Of a stretch of 64,000 bases of DNA, positions 1 through 17,644 are shown piece by piece. The notes beneath the pieces are model-generated. The model was not told the DNA's origin. It saw only the letters and a list, made by a program, of their open reading frames with translations, and searched no databases. The stretch is taken from NCBI GenBank assembly GCA_964016885.1, contig OZ024742.1, positions 309,318,001 through 309,382,000 on the forward strand, read 5' to 3'. The DNA is from Eledone cirrhosa (Eukaryota). The first letter of the stretch is position 1, and every line of letters starts with the position of its first letter. Made by a program: the position numbers and the translations under genes.

Positions 1-1404
<1,404 letters not shown>

Positions 1405-1409
<5 letters not shown>

Positions 1410-1560
1410 CGTTATTCCGGGTTGAATCGGAGGTAACCACAGTAAGTAAGGTACTCAATACATTGCAGAGTATAAAAGTTTTAATATAGATGAGATTCTA
1501 CAGGACTAGAACTGTTTCATTCTTTAGAAATCATCAGGAATCTGGGTATCAAAAAATAAG
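1405..1560 (-). mobile_element. Hammerhead-bearing repeat family A (Penelope pLTR/retrozyme-like)
   Basis: Homologous to 17060-17232 (+) and 34174-34350; its 3' end abuts the (AT)n array. Confidence 0.7.
1493..1543 (-). ncRNA. Type I hammerhead ribozyme (family A)
   Basis: Minus strand reads AGATTC-CTGATGA-T TTCT AA AGAA T-GAA-ACAG ttctagtc CTGT-A-GAATCT: helix I AGATTC/GAATCT, intact core, GUA cleavage triplet. Confidence 0.8.
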
Positions 1561-2110
1561 TATGGTATTTATACAAGTGGTAGGAGAGGGTGGGGAGTGG
1601 GATGGGTGTAGGTCATTGGTTGATAGAAAAGGGAATTCATTAAAAGCTAATTCTACAAAGCTATAGTTTATTTTTATTTTTATTTTTATTTATTTTTGTT
1701 TTTAGAGTAACAAAGGCAGACAGAATTCTATAAACAGGTTCAGGATGGCATGCCATTCCTTATTATTAAGTTTCTCTTAAGCTAACTGGTGTCTATAAGA
1801 TCAGTGGGGGGTCAGTCATGGTAGATAGATTTAAAGGAAAGGGAGATTCTTTAATAGCTAAAATCATTAAGGTTCTACTAAGTGAAGAAGGTTTAGAGAA
1901 TTCTGTAGACAAATTCAGAATATTAAGTGCGTATCTTACAATAATCCTCAAATTACTCTTAAACTATTCAACTATATGCCAAAAAACAATAGACACATTC
2001 ACAAGACACACTCACTAACACACTCGCGCGCACCCATAAACACACATACACAGACACACATATACACAGACACACATATAAATATATTTATATATGTAAA
2101 TATACACATC

Positions 2111-2190
<80 letters not shown>

Positions 2191-2302
2191 TATATAAGGA
2201 AAAATTGAACAGGAACAAAACAGAGGGGCAGAACAACCAATGTTTATTGATTTCATGCTCTTGAGAGTGGGGTCACACATACACACACATATATATATAT
2301 AT

Positions 2303-2705
2303 ATGGTGGCTGCCAACTCGTTTTCGAGTACGGCCACTACTTTATATCCATGTAGGAGAACCCCTACCGATGCGCTGAACGAGTGTGACTTTTTAGTCCA
2401 GCCTGCGACTTGAAAACTCTGGTACAAACACTACACTTGTGACAATTATTGACACATAGTGCTGGGCCCATGGTACCATGTGACGACAAGTGCAGAGAGA
2501 TCTCCAGATATAAAGCAATGCCTGTGCCGTGAAGCTTTTATAGTGAGCAAAGGCACTGCACAAAGCCAGTCCCACTCTCTTAACCAAGATGATATTTACC
2601 AAAAAGAAGAACAAGTCAACATCATTGGATACCATCAGGGTTGCAGGTGTTATATAAGAGTTTTCCTTCTCCTAGAATTCTGCCTTGACAAAGGCTAAGG
2701 GGTCA
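2303..2705. mobile_element. Unclassified dispersed repeat
   Basis: Segments atgg..gctgccaactcg..tcgagta and gcaatgcctgtgc..cccactctct recur at ~17301, 27788-28065 and 40974-41177. Confidence 0.5.
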
Positions 2706-2744
2706 TCTCTCCCGGTGATTTTGGATGGCCATTGACTCTTAAGA

Positions 2745-2897
2745 GCTCCTTTTCCCCTTGACAGGTATTGTTTTTAGTCCTGCAGGATGTCCAAAGTCAC
2801 CCTCCTCACCAAGAAACCTTGGTGGGGTTGCCAGTTTAGTCGCCAACGACCCGACCATGGGACAGGTTGTACTGGGATACATGTTACCAGTAGCACC
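2745..2897. mobile_element. Unclassified dispersed repeat, copy at 28245-28410
   Basis: High similarity (cttggtggggttgcc..gacccgaccatg..gttaccagtagcac); part is locally re-duplicated at 28513-28560. Confidence 0.55.
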
Positions 2898-3161
2898 AAC
2901 ATAGACATATATATATATCCATACACATACATACACACAGACATAGATGCCTGTCTACACACATACATACACATGCATATACATACACACACATACATAT
3001 GGATGCCTACACACATACAATCAAATGATAATATTCCAATTACGGACTTAATACATGGTGTCTCGTCGTTAGTAGTGGTTGGGTGTAGTGGCTGATGGCG
3101 GTGATGGAGCTGGGGTCTAGTAGTTAGTGCTAACTACTAACTACTATATATATATATATAT

Positions 3162-3213
<52 letters not shown>

Positions 3214-3231
3214 GAATATACACACACATAT

Positions 3232-3277
<46 letters not shown>

Positions 3278-3338
3278 TTGTGTATATATGTTTTTGTATA
3301 TATATATGTGTATGTGTGTGTGTGTGTATATGTATATA

Positions 3339-3375
<37 letters not shown>

Positions 3376-3378
<3 letters not shown>

Positions 3379-3489
3379 TTGAAAAAAATGAAAACGAAAT
3401 TTCATTTCTCACTCTTAGTATGGCACTTACTTAAATGTAAGTATGTATGTATACGTACATACATATATGTATACAGACGTACAGTAGCA

Positions 3490-3543
<54 letters not shown>

Positions 3544-3835
3544 CATATACATATATACATACATATACATATATACATACAGGTACACATACATATATGC
3601 ACGCATCAGTTTAGCGGACGCTTATTATAACGCCGCTTTGTTCGTTTGTCAACAAACTGAACAGCCTGAATTTATGGCATACGGTGTTAAGGCAACCACG
3701 TCACCTTTTTGTTCAACACTGACACAGGAACGATGTACTAGTTTCAAGCTTGTTAGCTATCATCAGCACCGTTTACCCATCTGCCAGATAGTTGAACGTT
3801 CGAAAGTATATACTTTCCTTATGAAAATTAACGGC
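3376..3835 (-). mobile_element. Hammerhead-bearing repeat family B
   Basis: Closely similar to the units at 26790-27780; contains an internal (AT)n and a hammerhead. Confidence 0.75.
3730..3772 (-). ncRNA. Type I hammerhead ribozyme (family B), palindromic minimal helix III
   Basis: ACGGTG-CTGATGA-T AGCT aaca AGCT T-GAA-ACTAGT-A-CATCGT; helix I 6 bp with one G-U, ACTAGT palindrome, GUA triplet. Confidence 0.85.
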
Positions 3836-4038
3836 TGTTTTGACAAGCGCACCTCAGCGTGAAAGGTCTTTCTAAAAACGAAACAATACCTCCTACGTTA
3901 ACCAAGAACTCCTAAGACGTAACCAACAACCAACAACTTAATTTATAAAATAATTTTTTTTAAGAAAAATTCTTTTTGGATTTTGTGAAGAAAATAAATT
4001 TGTTGAAAGCACAAGTGAAGCCATTTTTTCTTCCCCCC

Positions 4039-4082
<44 letters not shown>

Positions 4083-4099
4083 CATATATATAGATATAG

Positions 4100-4137
<38 letters not shown>

Positions 4138-4157
4138 ATACATATATATAGATATAG

Positions 4158-4190
<33 letters not shown>

Positions 4191-4227
4191 CATACATATA
4201 TATAGATATATAGATATATATACATAC

Positions 4228-4419
<192 letters not shown>

Positions 4420-4433
4420 CTATAACATATCTA

Positions 4434-4485
<52 letters not shown>

Positions 4486-4565
4486 CATGTATATATACAT
4501 ATATATATACATATATGTATATATACATATATATATATGTATATATACATATATGTATATATACA

Positions 4566-4647
<82 letters not shown>

Positions 4648-4693
4648 TGTATATATACATATCATATATATATACATATATGTATATATACAT

Positions 4694-4761
<68 letters not shown>

Positions 4762-4770
4762 CATATATAC

Positions 4771-4801
<31 letters not shown>

Positions 4802-4834
4802 CATATATACATATATATATATATACATATATAC

Positions 4835-5041
<207 letters not shown>

Positions 5042-5190
5042 CATATATACATATATACATATATACATATATACATATATACATATATATATATATACAT
5101 ATATATAAATATACATATATATATATATATACATATATACATATATATATATATATACATATATACATATATACATATATACATATATAC

Positions 5191-5275
<85 letters not shown>

Positions 5276-5321
5276 GAGATATATATATATATAGATATAT
5301 ATATAGATATATATATATATT

Positions 5322-5352
<31 letters not shown>

Positions 5353-5376
5353 ATATACATATATATATATACACAT

Positions 5377-5515
5377 AGTCCAGAATTAGCCGTCGAAACG
5401 GCTTGAGCTCAGCTGTCGGGGTCTTACTGGTTCCTATTACCCACTCTACTACCTCAAGTATTGAGTACTTTGGTGCGTTATGGTCCACCTGGTTCCTTAC
5501 CACATTTCCTTCGTT
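5377..5515 (+). mobile_element. Repeat family C fragment (3' half of a hammerhead)
   Basis: agtc-CAGAATTAGCCGTC-GAA-ACGGC ttgagctca GCTGT-C-ggggtc; identical copy 6466-6604, related copies 10697-10826 (+) and 26147-26345. Confidence 0.65.
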
Positions 5516-5521
5516 ATATAC

Positions 5522-5606
<85 letters not shown>

Positions 5607-5857
5607 CATATACATATATATATATACATATATATATATACATACATTTATATATATATACATATATATATATACATATATATATATATACATATATATA
5701 TACATACATATATATACATATATATATATACATATATATATATACATACATATATATACATATATATATATACATATATATATATACATATATATATATA
5801 CATATATATATATACATACATATATATACATATATATATATACATATATATATATAC

Positions 5858-5894
<37 letters not shown>

Positions 5895-5925
5895 CATATA
5901 TACATATACATATATATACATATAC

Positions 5926-6092
<167 letters not shown>

Positions 6093-6093
6093 C

Positions 6094-6138
<45 letters not shown>

Positions 6139-6195
6139 CATATATATATATACATATATATATATACATATATATATATACATATATATATATAC

Positions 6196-6308
<113 letters not shown>

Positions 6309-6391
6309 CATATATATATATACATATATATATATACATATATATATATATACATATATATACATATATATACATATATATCTATATATAC

Positions 6392-6422
<31 letters not shown>

Positions 6423-6465
6423 CATATATATACATATATATACATATATATATATATATACACAT

Positions 6466-6604
6466 AGTCCAGAATTAGCCGTCGAAACGGCTTGAGCTCA
6501 GCTGTCGGGGTCTTACTGGTTCCTATTACCCACTCTACTACCTCAAGTATTGAGTACTTTGGTGCGTTATGGTCCACCTGGTTCCTTACCACATTTCCTT
6601 CGTT
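6466..6604 (+). mobile_element. Repeat family C fragment, direct duplicate
   Basis: Identical by eye to 5377-5515, offset 1089 bp. Confidence 0.65.
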
Positions 6605-6610
6605 ATATAC

Positions 6611-6731
<121 letters not shown>

Positions 6732-6750
6732 CATATATATATATACATAC

Positions 6751-6835
<85 letters not shown>

Positions 6836-6854
6836 CATACATATATATATATAC

Positions 6855-6899
<45 letters not shown>

Positions 6900-6900
6900 C

Positions 6901-7063
<163 letters not shown>

Positions 7064-7068
7064 CATAC

Positions 7069-7177
<109 letters not shown>

Positions 7178-7192
7178 CATATATATATATAC

Positions 7193-7377
<185 letters not shown>

Positions 7378-7610
7378 CATATATATATATATACATATGT
7401 ATACATATATATACATATATATCTATATATACCTATATATATATACATATATATATATATATACATATATATACATATATATACATATATATACATATAT
7501 ATACATATATATACATACATATATATATATACATATATATACATATATATACATATATATACATATATATACATATATATCTATATATATATACATATAC
7601 ATATATATAC

Positions 7611-7673
<63 letters not shown>

Positions 7674-7740
7674 CATATATATACATATATACATATATAT
7701 ACATATATATACATATATATACATATATATATATACATAT

Positions 7741-7825
<85 letters not shown>

Positions 7826-7834
7826 CATATATAC

Positions 7835-7891
<57 letters not shown>

Positions 7892-7900
7892 CATATATAC

Positions 7901-7937
<37 letters not shown>

Positions 7938-7946
7938 CATATATAC

Positions 7947-7999
<53 letters not shown>

Positions 8000-8008
8000 C
8001 ATATATAC

Positions 8009-8039
<31 letters not shown>

Positions 8040-8080
8040 CATATATACATATATATATATATATACATATATACATATAT

Positions 8081-8129
<49 letters not shown>

Positions 8130-8166
8130 CATATATATATATACATATATATATATACATATATAC

Positions 8167-8239
<73 letters not shown>

Positions 8240-8263
8240 CATATATATATATACATATACATA

Positions 8264-8417
<154 letters not shown>

Positions 8418-8457
8418 CATATATATCTATATATATATATATATATATACATATATA

Positions 8458-8506
<49 letters not shown>

Positions 8507-8578
8507 ATATATATATATATATACATGTATATATATATATATACATATATATCTATATATATATATACATATATATAT

Positions 8579-8643
<65 letters not shown>

Positions 8644-8900
8644 CATATATATACATATATATATATACATGTATATATATATATATATACATGTATATAT
8701 ATATATATATATATACATATATATATACATATATATACTTACATATATACATATATATACATATATACATATATATATATATACATACATATATATACAT
8801 ATATACATATATATATATATATACATATATATACATATATACATATATATTTACATATATATATATATACATATATACATATATATATATACATATATAC

Positions 8901-9035
<135 letters not shown>

Positions 9036-9160
9036 TATATATATATATGTATATATGTATATATATATATATGTAAATATATATGTATATATGTATATAT
9101 ATGTATATATATATATATATGTATATATGTATATATATGTATATATATATATATATATGT

Positions 9161-10354
9161 ATCATCATCATCATCATCATCATCAACGTTTAACGTCCGT
9201 GTTCCACGCTTGCATGGGTTTGGACGGGGGTAGTCCCACTTGAGGCAAGAGTGATTGTCTTGCTCGCATAGGACTGTCTGGCAGGTTTTCTACAGTTGGA
9301 TGCCCTTCCTAACACCAACCACATTTACAGTGTGCGTCTGGGAGGTTTTTACCGTGTTGCCTACACGGCCACATTACAGCGTGGACTGTGTGTTTTTTTG
9401 TCGTGACACCTACACGATCTCATTTGTTTCGGCCTGGATGGCGCGGCACCAACATAACTTTACATAGAACGGGGTGGTGTGGATGAGGTGGGGGTGGTGG
9501 CGGGACGGGGTGTATTTTGTTAGAGATGCCTACTGGCAAGGCGGGTCTTCTCTGTTACTGAGTACCGTCAAAGGTCTCGGTCCAGTGACATTGTCTTGGA
9601 GAGGTGTAAGTGTGTGAGGTCGGAGTTTATCAGCTCATCCCATGTTTTTCTAGGTCTGCCTATTCCGTGGCTACCGTCTATCTTTATTGCCCTGCACTTT
9701 GTAATACAGCTATCGACTTTCATGCGCATCACGTGTCCATACCAACGCAGCCTTCTCTCGAGTAAACAACATCTGATCCCTCTTATCTCTAATTTTTTCC
9801 TCAGTTCGTTTATGCTTTGCCGTTCACGTATATTACTGTTACACAACCAGCGGAGCATGCAAGCTTCGTTCCTCTCTAGTCTGCGTATATCCTCTGCACA
9901 CAATGCCCAGGTCTCACTACCATGCAACATTGCTGTTCGTATGCAGGCATCATACAACCTGCCTTTCATTTTTAGGGAGAACCCTTTAGCAGCTAATAGT
10001 GGTATAAGCTCTCTGAACTTTTTCCAACCAGTTCTGACTCTAGCTACAGTACTTTCAGAGCACCCTCCCCCACTGCTGATTTTATCGCCCAGGTAACGGA
10101 AGCTGTCCACTATTTCTATAGAACCCTCTGCGCAATTGAAAGAGCTAGTATTTTGTGGGCACTTGCTGCTACTTATTGCACCAGAACACCGGCCACATGT
10201 AAAATCTATGTTCTTAGTTAGCTTACCTGTGATCCCACTACATCTTTTATGCACCCATACTTTGCATTTAGGACATAAGATGGAGTTTCTACCTACGCCT
10301 TTCCTACATACCGAGCACGACCATTTCCCAGAAGGGACCGCCGCCTTGTTTTCT
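9161..10354 (-). mobile_element. 5'-truncated RTE-clade LINE (lineage 1: Cys-rich PHD-like insert, (GAT)n tail)
   Basis: [59 protein letters not shown]; premature stop and ~28-bp deletion over the native stop; (ATC)n tail at 9161. Confidence 0.92.
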
Positions 10355-10500
10355 GTATATATGTATATATATGTATATATGTATATATATATATATATAT
10401 ACATGTATATATATATATATACATGTATATATATATATGTATATATATATATAGATATATATGTATATATATATATATACATGTATATATATATATATAT

Positions 10501-10539
<39 letters not shown>

Positions 10540-10545
10540 TATATA

Positions 10546-10636
<91 letters not shown>

Positions 10637-10696
10637 GTACATATATATATATATATATATATGTATATGTATATATATATATGTAATTCTGTACTC

Positions 10697-10826
10697 AATT
10701 AGCCGTCGAAACAGCTTGAGCTCAGCCGTCGGGTCTTACTTGTTCCTATTACCCACTCTACTACCCTAAGTATTGAGTACTTTGGTGCGTTACAGTCCAC
10801 CTGGTTCCTTACCACATTTCCTTCGT
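10697..10826 (+). mobile_element. Repeat family C fragment
   Basis: Homologous to 5377-5515; also starts inside the putative helix II. Confidence 0.6.
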
Positions 10827-10853
10827 TATACATACATATATAGATATATATAC

Positions 10854-10912
<59 letters not shown>

Positions 10913-11014
10913 TTAAAGACGATCGACTTTCGTCAAATCGGACCGAGGGAACAATGTTTCCGTTTGTTTTTCCAATTGCTAATACTATCTATCGGTCGCA
11001 ACTCCAGGTAGAAG

Positions 11015-11270
<256 letters not shown>

Positions 11271-11327
11271 CATATATACATATATACATACATATATACA
11301 TATATACATATATACATACATATATAC

Positions 11328-11382
<55 letters not shown>

Positions 11383-11399
11383 CATATATATATACATAC

Positions 11400-11430
<31 letters not shown>

Positions 11431-11590
11431 CATACATATATATATATTTACATACATATATATATATATACACATATATATATATACACATATATATATA
11501 TACACATATATATATATACTCATATATATATATATACACATATATATATATACTCATATATATATATACACATATATATATATACACACA

Positions 11591-13143
11591 TAGGGGTTGA
11601 CGAATGGCTTGTGAGAGCTATACAAGCCATGTATAAAGAAACAGTCAGCAAGGTTAGAATTAACAACGAATATAGTGAAGAGTTTAGCGTAAAAGTTGGC
11701 GTCCATCAGGGCTCTGTTCTCAGCCCCCTACTATTTATTATTGCCCTTCAGGCTATAACAGAGGAGTTCAAGACCGGCTGCCCATGGGAACTCCTATTCG
11801 CAGACGACCTGACACTCATAGCTGAATCAATGGCCGAGCTAGAGAAGAAATTCCAAACATGGAAGCACGGCCTAGAATCAAAAGGACTTAAAATTAACCT
11901 GGCTAAGACTAAAGTTCTAGTTTGTAGGAAAGAAAATAAGGCGGCGGTCCCTTCTGGGAAATGGCCATGCTCAGTGTGTAGGAAAGGCGTAGGTAGAAAC
12001 TCCATTTTATGTCCCAAATGCAAAGTGTGGGTGCATAAAAGATGTAGTGGGATCACAGGTAAGCTAACTAAGAAGATAGATTTTACATGTGGCCGGTGCT
12101 CTGGTGCAATAAGTAGCAGCAAATGCCCACAAAATACTAGCTCTTTCAATTGCGCAGAGGGTTCTATAGAAATAGTGGACAGCTTCCGTTACCTGGGCGA
12201 TAAAATCAGCAGTGGGGGAGGGTGCTCTGAAAGTACAGTAGCTAGAGTCAGAACTGGTTGGAAAAAGTTCAGAGAGCTTATACCACTATTAGCTGCTAAA
12301 GGGTTCTCCCTAAAAATGAAAGGCAGGTTGTATGATGCCTGCATACAAACAGCAATGTTGCATGGCAGTGAGACCTGGGCATTGTGTGCAGAGGATATAC
12401 GCAGACTAGAGAGGAACGAAGCTTGCATGCTCCGCTGGATGTGTAACAGTAATATACGTGAACGGCAAAGCATAAACGAACTAAGGAAAAAATTAGAAAT
12501 AAGAGGTATCAGATGTTGTTTACTCGAGAGAAGGCTATGTTGGTATGGACACGTGATGTGCATGAAAGTCGATAGCTGTATAACAAAGTGCAGGACATTA
12601 AAGGTAGACGGTAGCCACGGAATAGGCAGGCCTAGAAAAACATGGGATGAGCTGATAAACTCCGACCTCACACACTTACACCTCTCCAAGACAATGTCAC
12701 TGGACCGAGACCTTTGGCAGTACTCAGTAACAGAGAAGACCCGCCTTACCTAAATACATAGTAAAACCTACTACAGCCAGTAGGCATCTCTAACAAAATA
12801 TACCCCGTGCCACCACCCCCACCCCATCCACACCACCCCGTTCTATGTAAAGTTATGTTGGTGCCGCGCCATCCAGGCCGAAACAAATGAGATCGTGTAG
12901 GTGTCACGACAAAAAAACACACAGTCCACGCTGTAATGTGGCCGTGTAGGCAACACGGTAAAAACCTCCCAGACCCACACTGTAAATGTGGTTGGTGTTA
13001 GGAAGGGCATCCAACTGTAGAAAACCTGCCAGACAGTCCTATGCGAGCAAGACAATCACTCTTGCCTTAAGTGGGACTACCCCCGTCCAAACCCATGCAA
13101 GCGTGGGACACGGACGTTAAACGTTGATGATGATGATGATGAT
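11591..13143 (+). mobile_element. 5'-truncated RTE-clade LINE (lineage 1), open RT to C-terminus 11593-12753
   Basis: [30 protein letters not shown], Cys-rich insert, YLG, HGSETW, GRPRKTW; ~390-nt 3'UTR ending in (GAT)n. Confidence 0.95.
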
Positions 13144-13144
13144 A

Positions 13145-13180
<36 letters not shown>

Positions 13181-13229
13181 CATATAGATATATATATATA
13201 CTTATAGATATATATATATACATATATAC

Positions 13230-13278
<49 letters not shown>

Positions 13279-13311
13279 CACATATATATATACACACATA
13301 TATATATACAC

Positions 13312-13342
<31 letters not shown>

Positions 13343-13432
13343 CATATATATATACATATATATATATACATATATATATACATATATATATACATATATA
13401 TATATGTATATATATATACATATATATATATG

Positions 13433-13484
<52 letters not shown>

Positions 13485-13516
13485 GATATATATGTATATA
13501 TATATAGATGTATATG

Positions 13517-13581
<65 letters not shown>

Positions 13582-13674
13582 GTATATATGTATATATATA
13601 TATCTATATGTATATATATATATATGTATATATGTATATATATATATCTATAAGTATATATATATATCTATATG

Positions 13675-13717
<43 letters not shown>

Positions 13718-14016
13718 CATCATCATCATCATCATCAACGTTTAACGTCCGTGTTCCACGCTTGCATGGGTTTGGACGGGGGTAGTCCCACTTGAGGCAA
13801 GAGTGATTGTCTTGCTCGCATAGGACTGTCTGGCAGGTTTTCTACAGTTGGATGCCCTTCCTAACACCAACCACATTTACAGTGTGGGTCTGGGAGGTTT
13901 TTACCGTGTTGCCTACACGGCCACATTACAGCGTGGACTGTGTGTTTTTTTGTCGTGACACCTACACGATCTCATTTGTTTCGGCCTGGATGGTGCGGCA
14001 CCAACATAACTTTACA
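13718..14016 (-). mobile_element. RTE lineage 1 3'UTR fragment
   Basis: Near-exact reverse complement of 12845-13143. Confidence 0.9.
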
Positions 14017-14020
14017 TATG

Positions 14021-14077
<57 letters not shown>

Positions 14078-14145
14078 ATATATATACACATATATATATA
14101 TATACACATATACACATATATATATATACACATATATATATACAC

Positions 14146-14184
<39 letters not shown>

Positions 14185-14199
14185 CATATATATATACAC

Positions 14200-14260
<61 letters not shown>

Positions 14261-14352
14261 CATATATATATATACATATATATATACATATATATATACA
14301 TATATATATACATATATATACATATATATATACATATATACGGAAAATACTG

Positions 14353-14583
<231 letters not shown>

Positions 14584-14584
14584 G

Positions 14585-14615
<31 letters not shown>

Positions 14616-14640
14616 GTATATATATATATATATACATATA

Positions 14641-14853
14641 TTTTTCTTTCAAGTGTACGTATCCTTTCACCCACGCATTCACACACAAATATATTTGCAC
14701 ACCTCTACAAAATACATATACTCATATTCACATAGTAACATGTTCATACTTACATACATATACATATGTATGTAAGTATGAACATGTTACTATGTGAATG
14801 TGAGTATATGTATGAATGCGTGGGTGAAAGGATATGTACACTTGAAAGAAAAA
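14641..14853. repeat. Fold-back inverted repeat centred at ~14763
   Basis: ttttctttcaagtgtac..cacccacgcattca..catagtaacatgttcatacttacataca mirrored by tgtatgtaagtatgaacatgttactatg..tgaatgcgtgggtg..cacttgaaagaaaa. Confidence 0.85.
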
Positions 14854-15113
14854 TTTAAGTCTGAATGTTAATTAAGTGCAAACACAAAACCAACCAAGCA
14901 TATCTTTACTATCTCTAATCCTTCTATAGATTTAGAAAAATAACCAATAATATATTCTATAAAAATGTCAAAACAACAGATGGGAATCTAATTACTCACT
15001 GCCACCAAAAATTCTCACTGCTATCAAAAAACCACTCCCTCAACTATTCTTCTAACAACTTCACCCCTCCCTCCTAATATTCTCTATAAAAACCAAATAG
15101 GTCCTCAGTAATA

Positions 15114-15234
15114 TTATTCTGATGAAATGACAGTAAATAATAACATTGAAATATTGAATGTCTGCATAACTAAAACTTTGTAGATAGTAGCTGTTTTCAG
15201 GTTATGTAACTGTTATAGAAACACGTGTCAATAA
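15114..15234 (+). ncRNA. Type I hammerhead ribozyme with long loop II (family D)
   Basis: TTATT-CTGATGA-a ATGACAGT [~75 nt] ACTGTTAT a-GAA-ACACGTGT-C-AATAA; palindromic helix III, GUC triplet. Confidence 0.7.
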
Positions 15235-15560
15235 ATTCCTTTCAACTAAACTGTATCCATTCAAATCTTTCTATTTTTCTCCGGATTACTTTTGGAACTA
15301 CAACTGGAACCGTCGAGCAAACTCTACGTGAACTGTCAATCTACTGTGTGTAATATTTATATAACAACACAACGGAAAATACTGTATATATATATATATA
15401 TGAGATTTTATATGTATGTGTGTGTGTGTATGTGTATATATGTATATATATGTGTGAATGTATGTGTTTGGGTGTGTATGTATGTGTATGTATGTGTGTG
15501 CATATGTATGTATGTGTATGTATAGTATAGTTTACTGGAGAGAGACATACGTACATGTAG

Positions 15561-15596
<36 letters not shown>

Positions 15597-15895
15597 ATAC
15601 ACATATATATGTATATATCACGTGTATGTGTAGATATATATGTGTGTGTATGTGTATGTGTGTGTGTGTGTGTATATTTGTGTGTGTGTATATTTGTGTG
15701 TTTGTGTTTTTCTTGTGTATATATGTATATATGTGTATGTATGCATGTGTGTGTGTGTATGTGTGCGTGTGTATATGTGTATACGCACACATATGTGTGT
15801 GTGTGTGTGTATGTATATATATATATATGTACATGTGTATATGTATGTATATGTGTGTGAATGTGTAGGTGTGCACAGACACACACACATATATA

Positions 15896-15924
<29 letters not shown>

Positions 15925-15928
<4 letters not shown>

Positions 15929-16504
15929 GAAAAAGTGAGTCCTTCATCAGTGACCCTCCAACCGTCCCAGGCATTTCATCGCTTTAAGGGCCATATACCT
16001 CAGGTTGGTGCGAACAACGGCTAAAAAAAGTTGTTGGGACACGTAAATAAAGAGAACGTTAGGGTGAACAAACAAAATGGTTTAGGCAACAGAAAGTGAG
16101 AAGAAAGAGACAAGTCCCAGATTTTTTTTCTCTCTCTCTCTCGTCTGCGTCTTCACAGAACTTATGTTTACCGAATTCGCAGACCAGACCCCTTCTTCTT
16201 CCCCCCCGTTAGACCTGTGCGAAATTCCTTCCTCGCTCACATTTCAACCAGGTTTGATGGTCTTTATTCTCTAGTTCACGGTTTTATCGAGTTTATATTC
16301 ATAGAAATCTGGGACTTGTCTCTTTCTTCTCACTTTCTGTTGCCTAAACCATTTTGTTTGTTCACCCTAACGTTCTCTTTATTTACGTGTCCCAACGACT
16401 TTTTTTAGCCGTTGTTCGCACCAACCCGAGGTATATGGCCCTTAAAGCGATGAAATGCCTGGGACGGTTGGAGGGTCACTGATGAAGGACTCACTTTTTC
16501 ATAT
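15925..16504. repeat. Inverted repeat, ~200-bp arms (15925-16124 / 16305-16504), 180-bp spacer
   Basis: Arms reverse-complementary with about 2 mismatches; CTGATGA near the outer ends but no complete hammerhead found. Confidence 0.9.
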
Positions 16505-16591
16505 GTATCCCATTTGCAACGCCGCAGCTCCATTATTATCATATTTACATATATATATAGGTATATATGTGTGTGTAAGTGTTTAAATATA

Positions 16592-16644
<53 letters not shown>

Positions 16645-16659
16645 AAGTGTTTAAATATA

Positions 16660-16695
<36 letters not shown>

Positions 16696-17096
16696 AGTGT
16701 TTTTGTATGTGGTTGTGAGTATGTAAATATATTTTATTCTTTCCATCCTACAAAAACACCCTGGCCACCTGTGGCTTGTATGTTAACTTGACCACCCACC
16801 CCAGCCTTCCCTACTATATATCTGTTGAATTACTATTCATGGGGTTTTTATTTATTTATTTTTATTTATTCTTTTATTTATTTTATCCATCTATTCTTTT
16901 ATCTATTTATTCATTTATTTATTTATTTACTCATTTATTTATTTCAAAAAAGCACTCTGGCTAATTGACCACTCCCCAAAGAAAAAACGGCCTGTGCCAT
17001 GAAGTAGTCCCGTGTATCTAAATACCCCCCCCCCTTCCACCACCCCTCCCTTACCACTACCTAAACGAATAAATACCAGAACTTAATATGACACCC

Positions 17097-17147
17097 AGCT
17101 TCCTGAAGATTTCATCTGAATGAAACAGTACTAGTCCTGTAGAAGCT
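17097..17147 (+). ncRNA. Type I hammerhead ribozyme (family A, second copy)
   Basis: AGCTTC-CTGAAGA-T TTCA tc TGAA T-GAA-ACAG tactagtc CTGT-A-GAAGCT; compensatory changes relative to 1493-1543. Confidence 0.85.
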
Positions 17148-17252
17148 CCTTCTATAAAATAAAAAAATTTACTTTGCCATGTATTGAGTACCTTACTTAC
17201 TGTGGTTATCCCCGACTCAACCCGGGACCTACGTATATATATATATATATAT

Positions 17253-17308
<56 letters not shown>

Positions 17309-17644
17309 TGCCCACTCGTTATCGAGTATGGCCATTGCACGAGGAGAAAAAAAATAAAAATAAAAAATAAAAATAAAAAAAATATAAAAATATTTAAAAA
17401 AATTAATAAATAAATAAAAATAAAAAATAAAAAAGAAATATATATATATATACACATATATAGACATATACACATATATATACATACATACACACACACA
17501 TACACACACACATACATTAATAACAATAATAATAATAATAATAACAACAATAATAATAACGACAACAACAATAATAATATACATATACATATACACATAC
17601 ACGCACACACATAAGCATATCTATACACACACATACACACAATA

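Noticed and set aside
16445-16530. Hammerhead at gtcaCTGATGAagga
   Set aside because: No downstream GAAA with pairing helices; a permuted topology also fails.
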